A stretch of 64,000 nucleotides of DNA from NCBI GenBank assembly GCA_001793155.1, contig MGHI01000020.1, positions 9,898 to 73,897 on the forward strand. The letters are read 5' to 3'. The DNA comes from Candidatus Woesebacteria bacterium RIFCSPLOWO2_01_FULL_39_61 (GTDB taxonomy: Bacteria > Patescibacteriota > Microgenomatia > UBA8517). Of the stretch, positions 9,818 to 17,156 are shown one piece after another. A program made the position numbers and the translations under genes. Under the pieces are notes generated by a model. That model ran no database searches. It saw only the letters and a list, made by a program, of their open reading frames with translations, and was not told the DNA's origin. The first letter of the stretch is position 1; every line of letters starts with the position of its first letter.

Positions 9818-11443
9818 ATGAAAATAAAAAATTTCACTATAAATTTTACAATTCAAAACCAAACTTTGGTAAAAGTTCAGAATTGGTTTGAGGAACACGC
9901 CTTAAGTTTAGTCGTCTTTGTTCTTACCGTGATTTCCGGACTTGTCTTTATTTATTACTACCTAAATGGTTTGGGACTTGCATACAACGATGCACGAAGT
10001 CATTTGGATATTGGGCGAAGGGTTGTAGAAGGATTAAAGCCGGGTCTTGCCCAGATCGGTTCTGTTTGGCTTCCTTTAAATCACATTTTAATGATTCCGA
10101 CGGTATGGAGTGATTTTATGTGGCATTCGGGATTGTCTGGAGCCCTGATATCAATGATTTCATTTGTTTTGACTGGGGTTATAGTCTACCTATTTTTAAA
10201 GAAGTTGGGGGTCGGACTCTTGGGCAGATTTTTTGGTGTTTTAGTATTTGCGGCAAATTTGAATATTTTATATTTACAGTCAACTGCGATGACGGAGTTA
10301 CTACTTATAGCGACGATGACTGCCGGGGCTTACTACCTCATGCTTTGGGCAAAAAAGGACACGGTTCTTGACCTTATTAAGGCAGCCTTTTGGATAATGA
10401 TGTCGACGACAGTCAGGTACGACGGCTGGTTTCTGCTATTATTTTCTGCCGGACTGGTTGCTTTAACCGTATTTTTTAAAAAGGGTTATAAAACAACCGA
10501 AGGGATGCTTGTTTTATTTTTGACTCTTGGAGGCTTCGGAATTGCTCTTTGGTTTTTATGGAACTTGGTCATTTTTAAGGATCCTTTATATTTTATTTTC
10601 GGTCCTTTTGCGGCCCACACGCAACAGGAACAATTGTCCGCTGCCGGTAATTTAGCCACTAAAGGAAACTTACTTTTATCGATTAAAGTATATCTTTACG
10701 CCTTGATTTACAACTCCTACGCTTACACCGCCATTGTGGGGTTTTTTGGAGCGATAGCATTATGGGTAAATAAAAAAATTAAGGGTGAGATAAGGGTGGC
10801 AAGCGTCGCTTTAACAACTCCGCTTCTATTTAACGTTATCGCTTTGTTTTTAGGATTTTCTGTACTTTTTATACAAGGTATAGCCGGAAACACTTGGTTT
10901 AATGTTCGCTACGGAATAATGCTTGCTCCCTCGATCGCGATATTTTCCGGTTATTTAGTAGATAAAGTTAAAGATTTAAGATGGATAATAATCGGTCTAT
11001 ATCTGTTTACCACATTTTTTGCATTCACCAGCGGAGATGCTGTAACAATCGACGATGCAAGGGTAGGGTCGAGCCAGAAAAACGTTACTGAGGTTTCTGG
11101 CTGGCTCAAAGCAAATACTTCCAATCGTGAAGGATTTGTTCTCATTTCAGCGGCAAGTCACGACGCAATAATCTTTTCCTCGGGACTTCCAATGAAAAAA
11201 TTTATTCACGAAGGAACTGGAGCGTATTGGCAGTCGGCGACAACGACACCCGATCACTGGGCTCGATGGATTGTGATGAGGACACACGATGACAACGATC
11301 TCGTGTGGAAAAGTGTCAGTCGTTCGGAGGGATTTATTAAGTACGACCTGGTAGACAGCTATCCTTTTGCTGATATATATGTATTAAAACAGGAAAATCT
11401 GCTTGATTTAAACACAAAGCCTGTATTTTCGAAACAAAAATAA
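9818..11443 (+). CDS. GT-C glycosyltransferase (PMT_2/ArnT-like)
   Basis: YNDARSHL in the first loop, WLPL, AMTE, RYDGW, FNVRYG; C-terminal soluble domain. Confidence 0.75.
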   Translation: MKIKNFTINFTIQNQTLVKVQNWFEEHALSLVVFVLTVISGLVFIYYYLNGLGLAYNDARSHLDIGRRVVEGLKPGLAQIGSVWLPLNHILMIPTVWSDFMWHSGLSGALISMISFVLTGVIVYLFLKKLGVGLLGRFFGVLVFAANLNILYLQSTAMTELLLIATMTAGAYYLMLWAKKDTVLDLIKAAFWIMMSTTVRYDGWFLLLFSAGLVALTVFFKKGYKTTEGMLVLFLTLGGFGIALWFLWNLVIFKDPLYFIFGPFAAHTQQEQLSAAGNLATKGNLLLSIKVYLYALIYNSYAYTAIVGFFGAIALWVNKKIKGEIRVASVALTTPLLFNVIALFLGFSVLFIQGIAGNTWFNVRYGIMLAPSIAIFSGYLVDKVKDLRWIIIGLYLFTTFFAFTSGDAVTIDDARVGSSQKNVTEVSGWLKANTSNREGFVLISAASHDAIIFSSGLPMKKFIHEGTGAYWQSATTTPDHWARWIVMRTHDDNDLVWKSVSRSEGFIKYDLVDSYPFADIYVLKQENLLDLNTKPVFSKQK

Positions 11444-11461
11444 GTAATCGTTAATTAATTT

Positions 11462-12715
11462 ATGAAAACAAAGCTATTTATAATTTTATTTATAATTATT
11501 CCTCTAGTATTAGGATTGAAGTTATTGGCAATAAGGGGGAAGTATTTGGGAACTAAGGCAAGCTCTACAAACTGGTGGGAAATTCAATCTATTGACACCG
11601 TTAAATACTCGCGTGATCTGGCTCGGGAAAAAGCGAAAGATTCATCGTTTGACGAAGTAATTGACACGCAAGTCAGATTGATTGCAGAAACAGGCGCAAC
11701 TCATGTTGCAGTAGGTACCCCTTATGCTGAGGAATTTGTGCCATTTTTGAAACGTTGGGTTTCAGCAGCGAGAAAATACGGACTGAAAGTTTGGTTCCGG
11801 GGAAATGTTCCGGGGTGGGAGAGATGGTTCGGTTATCCTAAGATTGATAGGAACGAACATACAAGCCTTGTCAGAGAATTTATTTTGGCAAACGGAGCAC
11901 TTTTTGAAGAAGGCGATATATTTTCTTCCTGTACTGAGTGCGAGAATGGCGGACCCGGAGATCCGAGAAGGTCGGGAGACGTTGCCGGGCATAGGAATTT
12001 CTTAACAGAGGAATATAAGATAACTAATGATGCATTCAGGAAAATCGGTAAAAATGTCCGGTCAAATTTTGCTCCGATGAACGGCGACGTTGCAGCACTT
12101 GTAATGGATGAGGAAACCACCAATTCTCTCGGAAATATAGTAGTTATTGATCACTATGTAGGATCAACCGAGAAATTGGCAAAGGATTTAAAAAATATTG
12201 CAGAAAAAAGTGGTGGCAAGGTTATTCTTGGGGAGTTTGGTGCCCCTATATCAAACATACACGCGAATTTTAATGAAGAAGAACAAGCAACCTGGATTAG
12301 ATTGGCATTAAGCGAAATATCCGACATACCTGAATTGATGGGTGTAAATTACTGGACAAGTTTTGGAGGAAGTACGAGGCTTTGGGATAGTGATTATAGG
12401 CCAAGAAAAGCTGTTGAAGTTATTCGTGGTTATTATAAACCAAGAGTAGTTGAAGGATTGGTAAGCGACGAACGCGGTAAGGCAGTCAAGAAAGCGGATG
12501 TTATAGTCGGTTCAAAACAATTGTTAACAACTAATAGCGGGATTTTTGTACTTCCTGTTAATTCTGAAAAAGTAACAATTACAATACAGGCGGACGGGTA
12601 TATTACTCAGCAATTAGAAATCGACAGCGAAAAAAACATAGAGATTATTCTTATTAAAGGTGAAGAAAATATTCTCTTTAAGATACAGAAGTTTATCTAC
12701 CAGATTACACATTAA
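11462..12715 (+). CDS. membrane-anchored clan GH-A-like glycoside hydrolase with C-terminal carboxypeptidase-regulatory-like beta domain
   Basis: N-terminal TM; TIM-barrel pattern with candidate acid/base (TECENG) and nucleophile (ILGEFG); C-terminal GLVSDERGKAV...ADGY beta-sandwich pattern. Confidence 0.65.
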   Translation: MKTKLFIILFIIIPLVLGLKLLAIRGKYLGTKASSTNWWEIQSIDTVKYSRDLAREKAKDSSFDEVIDTQVRLIAETGATHVAVGTPYAEEFVPFLKRWVSAARKYGLKVWFRGNVPGWERWFGYPKIDRNEHTSLVREFILANGALFEEGDIFSSCTECENGGPGDPRRSGDVAGHRNFLTEEYKITNDAFRKIGKNVRSNFAPMNGDVAALVMDEETTNSLGNIVVIDHYVGSTEKLAKDLKNIAEKSGGKVILGEFGAPISNIHANFNEEEQATWIRLALSEISDIPELMGVNYWTSFGGSTRLWDSDYRPRKAVEVIRGYYKPRVVEGLVSDERGKAVKKADVIVGSKQLLTTNSGIFVLPVNSEKVTITIQADGYITQQLEIDSEKNIEIILIKGEENILFKIQKFIYQITH

Positions 12716-12718
12716 AAC

Positions 12719-12747
12719 TTGCATTATAGGTCCTATAATGTTAGAAT
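12719..12747 (+). promoter_or_regulatory. sigma70-type promoter with palindromic operator in the spacer
   Basis: TTGCAT (12719-24), 17-bp spacer, TGn-TAGAAT (12739-47). Perfect inverted repeat CATTATAGG-T-CCTATAATG at 12722-12740. Confidence 0.6.
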
Positions 12748-12853
12748 ACAGACATTAAACTCCTGTCCCGTGTGAGATAGTCACTGAGTCATCTCACGGG
12801 ATCACGTTAGCTGTAAAAATGCTATCTAACTGTGATCCATCTGCCATCTAAAT

Positions 12854-13720
12854 ATGAAACTTGTTAAAAGAACCTTACTTTCCCTAATCCTTTTACTAGG
12901 CTTGCTTTCCTTTGCCTCTGAAGCTAACGCCCAAAGTGCTCCGCCTGAATTTCCCGCCTGTACTAATCCCGGAGGGACGTTAAGAATATCTTATGCCGAC
13001 GGAGAGCACGCAATAGTCGGGGAGAGCGGGCTTAGGGTCGGAGCCGACGCAGTTTACGATCTTGAAGGAGGAAACGTACAGCAATGTTTCTGTTCGGTGG
13101 ACGGAAGCGGTGTGCAGACAAATTGGTGGAAGATAAGTTCACTTGATCAGGATGAAATTGACACTTTGGTAAAATTAGGCTGGAACTTTGTTCCGAGCGG
13201 AACACCTTGGGGGTTGGATTCAAGCGCCTATATGGCAAAAAATGAAGCTTACGCCTGCGGAGGAGGATTTACTACCACGACCACATCATCCGGAAATCCC
13301 GGAGCACCGTCCTGCACAGCCGATAGGCCCTCATCCCCTCAGATTACTTCTATTGTCAGAAACGGTTCTTCCGCAACTATTTCCTGGACAAAGAGCGATA
13401 AAGCGACCCATTATACAATTGCCTACGGAACAGTAGTCGGAAACTATCCTTACGGAGTGCCCAATACAGGAAATGTAACTTCCTATACAATTAACGCGTT
13501 GGATCCTAACACTTTTTACTACTACGAAGTATATGCGGTCAACATTTGTATGCCATCGGAGCCGTCTTCGGGTGGTCAGGTTTTGGGAGCTCCAACAGGT
13601 GGTGTGCTTGGACTAGCTGCAACCGGAAACCTGGAATTAATTGTTGCATATCTTACTATCGGAGCGGCATCGATTATTGCAGGTATTCTTCTTAAGAAAA
13701 GATCAGACCGTAAGGCTTAA
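12854..13720 (+). CDS. secreted FnIII-domain surface protein with sortase sorting signal (LAATG)
   Basis: Signal peptide ending ANA-Q, Cys-containing N-domain, Thr/Ser linker, FnIII (ISW..YTIAYG..YTINALDPNTFYYYEVYAVN), then LAATG + TM + KKRSDRK tail. Confidence 0.8.
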   Translation: MKLVKRTLLSLILLLGLLSFASEANAQSAPPEFPACTNPGGTLRISYADGEHAIVGESGLRVGADAVYDLEGGNVQQCFCSVDGSGVQTNWWKISSLDQDEIDTLVKLGWNFVPSGTPWGLDSSAYMAKNEAYACGGGFTTTTTSSGNPGAPSCTADRPSSPQITSIVRNGSSATISWTKSDKATHYTIAYGTVVGNYPYGVPNTGNVTSYTINALDPNTFYYYEVYAVNICMPSEPSSGGQVLGAPTGGVLGLAATGNLELIVAYLTIGAASIIAGILLKKRSDRKA

Positions 13721-13730
13721 CTTTTTCTTC

Positions 13731-14273
13731 ATGAGAAATTTGCTTGCCAATACCTTTATCACCTTAGGAATAGTATTAATTATAATTGCAGGACTTTTGC
13801 TTTGGCAGAGGTATAATCCCCAAAGACTTGCTTTTTCCGACGTAGGTAACGAAATTAGTGAATCAATAAATGAAGAAAAGAATCTTCCTGTTGCATTAAA
13901 AATAGAAGATTTGGATATAAAGCTTCCGGTATTTCCCGCCAGAAGCCAAACGGGGAAATGGGAAACGACTACAAAGGGTGTTTCCTATCTGGTTTCATCC
14001 GCAATGCCGGGACAGGTTGGAAACAGTATATTTTACGGTCACAACTATAAAAATATTTTGGGGAATTTAAAAAATGCAAAACCAGGTCAGATTATTGAGG
14101 TAAAACTGGCAAACGGGGTTTGGAGAAAATTCAGAATTGAGTATGTTCAGACAGTTGCCCCCAACCAAACCGGAATATTGGATCAGACAGATGATAAGAG
14201 GCTAACCCTCTATACCTGCACCGGATTTTTAGACTCCAAAAGATTAGTTGTTACCGCCCTCTTCACACCTTAG
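13731..14273 (+). CDS. sortase
   Basis: N-terminal TM; PGQVGNSIFYGHN (His), LTLYTC (Cys), KRLVV (Arg) catalytic triad. Confidence 0.92.
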   Translation: MRNLLANTFITLGIVLIIIAGLLLWQRYNPQRLAFSDVGNEISESINEEKNLPVALKIEDLDIKLPVFPARSQTGKWETTTKGVSYLVSSAMPGQVGNSIFYGHNYKNILGNLKNAKPGQIIEVKLANGVWRKFRIEYVQTVAPNQTGILDQTDDKRLTLYTCTGFLDSKRLVVTALFTP

Positions 14274-14294
14274 AGGTGAAAAGGTATTTACACC
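14261..14294. repeat. left REP-like element flanking RAYT
   Basis: CACCTTAGAGGTGAAA (14266-81) is the exact reverse complement of 15033-48; internal hairpin CACCT-TAG-AGGTG. Confidence 0.75.
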
Positions 14295-14334
14295 CTGGGT
14301 AATTTAACATAATCTATATTTAGAGGAAAATCAT

Positions 14335-15009
14335 TTGCCAGGTAGGAAAATTCCACTCGTAAATGGTGAGATATACCATGTAATTAACCGTGGTATTGCT
14401 TCAAGACCCCTTTTTTTAATTAAAAGGGATTATAGGCGAAAACTTTCAACAATATTTTATTATCAGAATGTAAATTTACCTTTCAGATATTCATTCTTCA
14501 TTCGCTTACCGAGAGATAGGAGGCAAGTTATTCTAGACGGATTTAAAGATAAAAGAAATTTTCAAGTCGAAATAATAGCTTATTGTTTAATACCGAATCA
14601 TATACATTTACTATTGAAACAGGTAAGAGATAAAGGAATCTCAACTTTTATGAGTAATGTTACCAACAGTTATACCCGTTATCTTAATTCAAAAAGGCAT
14701 GAGATAGGTCCGATTTATCAAGGAAAATTTAAAGCTGTACGGATAGAAAGCGACGAACAGCTCTTACATGTCCAAAGGTACATACATCTTAACCCTTTCA
14801 GTTCATATGTATTAAAAAGTACGGAAGAGCTTGAGGGTTACCCTTATTCTTCCCTCCCAGAATATTTGAATAAGACTGTCTATGGATATTGTAAAAAAGA
14901 TATAGTTATGCACTTTTTTAAAGATAAAGTCACTTTTAGAGATTTTATTCTGAATCAAGCGGATTACCAAAGGAATCTTGACGAAATTAAACACTTAACC
15001 TTAGAATGA
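14335..15009 (+). mobile_element. REP-associated tyrosine transposase (RAYT, Y1 HUH family)
   Basis: YHVINRG, AYCLIPNHIHLL (HUH), YQGKFKA, RYIHLNP (catalytic Tyr), YPYSS; flanked by inverted REP-like hairpins. Confidence 0.9.
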
Positions 15010-15019
15010 CAGTTTTCCG

Positions 15020-15048
15020 AGGTGTGAAGCTATTTCACCTCTAAGGTG
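15020..15048. repeat. right REP-like element flanking RAYT
   Basis: AGGTGTGAAG (15020-29) is the reverse complement of 14261-70; TTTCACCTCTAAGGTG (15033-48) is the reverse complement of 14266-81. Confidence 0.75.
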
Positions 15049-15054
15049 CACAAC

Positions 15055-15483
15055 TTAAAGTTCCATTTCGTCGACTTGTGGGGGCTTTTTAGAATAGTCC
15101 GACAGACGTAACCAACGTGGTGTAATTTTAAAAAAAACCGAATTGGCTTGCCCTCTATACTCGCTTAAATCCGGATGATCGGTAAAATAGGTTTGTTCGC
15201 AACTTGCGTACTCGGGACTGTTTTTGTCAATCAATTTAGCTATTCCGTCGTATTGAATATTCGCCTCTGTAAAAGAAAATCCAAAAACCAAAGATACTTG
15301 GTCGTTTTCCAATAAATTATTCCATTTTCTACTATCACTTTTTGTACTTAGCAAAATTGTCAAATCCTCTTCTATCGTATAAACCAGTGTCGCAGCTTCG
15401 GTTTTTCCGCTTTTGTCAGAAGTTGCTAAAACACAGAGCTTGGGCTCTCTACTTTCAAGAATTTTGTAAACTTCTTCTTTCAT
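15055..15483 (-). CDS. pyridoxamine 5'-phosphate oxidase family (FMN-binding split barrel) protein
   Basis: CVLAT, STKSDSRKWNNLLENDQVSL, IQYDGIA, FKITP. Start placed at MKEEV after a GGAGG-type RBS (ORF track extends to 15546). Confidence 0.8.
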   Translation of the reverse strand: MKEEVYKILESREPKLCVLATSDKSGKTEAATLVYTIEEDLTILLSTKSDSRKWNNLLENDQVSLVFGFSFTEANIQYDGIAKLIDKNSPEYASCEQTYFTDHPDLSEYRGQANSVFFKITPRWLRLSDYSKKPPQVDEMEL

Positions 15484-15571
15484 ACAATCACCCCCTCCGG
15501 TCAAGTAGCTCCCATTAGGAGTACTTAACAGAGCCACATTAAGCACCTAAGGTTACTCAATTGTGGCATAA

Positions 15572-16279
15572 CTATTGGGCGTTTTTTAATTTAAAAAGTT
15601 TTCCGATTTTATTTACAGATTTTTCTCGCCGCCAGTTTTCTATCTCTTTGTGATTACCGGAAAGTAGAACCTCTGGGACCTTCCAGCCGTGATATTTTTC
15701 GGGACGGGTGTATTGAGGATACTCAGTATAATTTTTAATTTTCAAGTTTCTAGTTTTTAATGAGGAATAGGATTCATCTATTAGAGAATTAGGATTTAGA
15801 ACCCCCGGGATTAAGCGGACTACTGCATCGACAATGACCATGGCAGGTATTTCACCTCCCGTTAAAATATAATCCCCGATGGATATTTCTTCGTCAACCA
15901 GGTGCTCTGCAACCCTTTCATCCACCCCTTCGTAATGACCTGCAATAAGAATAAGATTATCTAATTTAGAAAATTCTTGAGCTCTTTCTTGGTTGAAAGT
16001 CTTACCCTTTGCGGAAAGAAGAATAATTTTAGATTTACGATTTATGATTTTAGATTTAAGAGTCTTCAGTGCTCGGTCGATTATATCGACTCGGAGTATC
16101 ATTCCTGCTCCACCTCCGTATGGTCTACCGTCAACGGTCTTGTGTTTGTCAGTTGCCCAGTTCCGAAGATCGTGGATGCTAATTTCAACCAAACCATTAT
16201 CTTGTGCCTTTTTGAGCATGCTGGTTGCAAAAGGCCCGGAAAACATATCGGGAAAGAGTGTCAAAATGTCGATTTTCAT
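15572..16279 (-). CDS. trmD: tRNA (guanine37-N1)-methyltransferase
   Basis: [57 protein letters not shown]. Confidence 0.98.
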   Translation of the reverse strand: MKIDILTLFPDMFSGPFATSMLKKAQDNGLVEISIHDLRNWATDKHKTVDGRPYGGGAGMILRVDIIDRALKTLKSKIINRKSKIILLSAKGKTFNQERAQEFSKLDNLILIAGHYEGVDERVAEHLVDEEISIGDYILTGGEIPAMVIVDAVVRLIPGVLNPNSLIDESYSSLKTRNLKIKNYTEYPQYTRPEKYHGWKVPEVLLSGNHKEIENWRREKSVNKIGKLFKLKNAQ

Positions 16280-16299
16280 GAGTATAGTATACTGCTTCT
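16280..16299. promoter_or_regulatory. putative bidirectional -10 element shared by leaderless trmD and pgeF
   Basis: Palindrome AGTATACT (16286-93) gives TATACT on both strands, each exactly 6 nt before the ATG. Confidence 0.6.
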
Positions 16300-17085
16300 A
16301 TGTACCAAATTCCTGGACTCCTGAAATATCCGAAGCTATTCCACGCTTTTTCGGAGAAAACGGATGGCAATATGGCTAATTCGATATTAGGGAAAGTGGT
16401 GGACTTCGATAAAGTTTTGGATAATCGAAAACGATTTCTTTCTTCAATTAAGGTGCTGATAGATACTTGTGTATGTATGTGGGTGTTGGGAGAAGATGGA
16501 GTGCTCAAGGCTGACGAAGCGTTTGCAGGAGTAAGTATGGAAAATTATAAAAAGGCTATTAAAATTGATGCTTTAATTACTAATCAAACAGGATTGTACC
16601 CTTTTTTACTTACTGCTGATTGTGAACCCGTAATAATTTTTGATACTAGTAAGAAAGCTATCGGCTTGGTTCATGTTGGTTGGAAAGGGGCTGATTTGGA
16701 AATAGTGAAAAAAGTTATTGGAAGAATGAAGGACGAATACGGAGCGGTAGCCGAAGACTTAATAGTTGGAATCGGCCCCCATGCGTCCAGAGACTCTTTC
16801 GTAAAAGACAATCCGTCTCAAATCGATGATTCCAAATGGCAGCCGTTTTTAGAGAAAGTGATTAAAGATCTTCCTGAGCGAGCTCCGAGAGCCCAAGGAT
16901 ATAAAGTAGATTTTGCGGGATTGGTCAGACAACAGCTAATTCAAAGTGGAATAAGAAAAGAGAATATATTTGAAAGTAATATCGATACGGTTAAAGACAG
17001 TAGATTTTTTTCGCACGTTCGAGAAGGAAATTTACCTCTAAGTAAACAGGGCAGGTTTGCTTGTGTTGTGGGATTAAAGAGTTAA
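16300..17085 (+). CDS. pgeF: YfiH/PgeF (laccase-domain, purine nucleoside phosphorylase) family protein
   Basis: DALIT, LTADCEPV, VHVGWKG, GIGP, FFSHVR, GRF. Confidence 0.88.
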   Translation: MYQIPGLLKYPKLFHAFSEKTDGNMANSILGKVVDFDKVLDNRKRFLSSIKVLIDTCVCMWVLGEDGVLKADEAFAGVSMENYKKAIKIDALITNQTGLYPFLLTADCEPVIIFDTSKKAIGLVHVGWKGADLEIVKKVIGRMKDEYGAVAEDLIVGIGPHASRDSFVKDNPSQIDDSKWQPFLEKVIKDLPERAPRAQGYKVDFAGLVRQQLIQSGIRKENIFESNIDTVKDSRFFSHVREGNLPLSKQGRFACVVGLKS

Positions 17086-17101
17086 CTCCTGGTGGTTGAT
17101 A

Positions 17102-17137
17102 TGCTACAATTCAAATACACCATAATGGTGTTTTTTT
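17102..17137 (+). promoter_or_regulatory. extended -10 followed by palindrome and T-tract (operator or terminator)
   Basis: TGcTACAAT at 17102-10; ACACCAT-A-ATGGTGT at 17117-31; T-run to 17137. Confidence 0.45.
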
Positions 17138-17156
17138 GTGCTGGGCTGATATTAGT

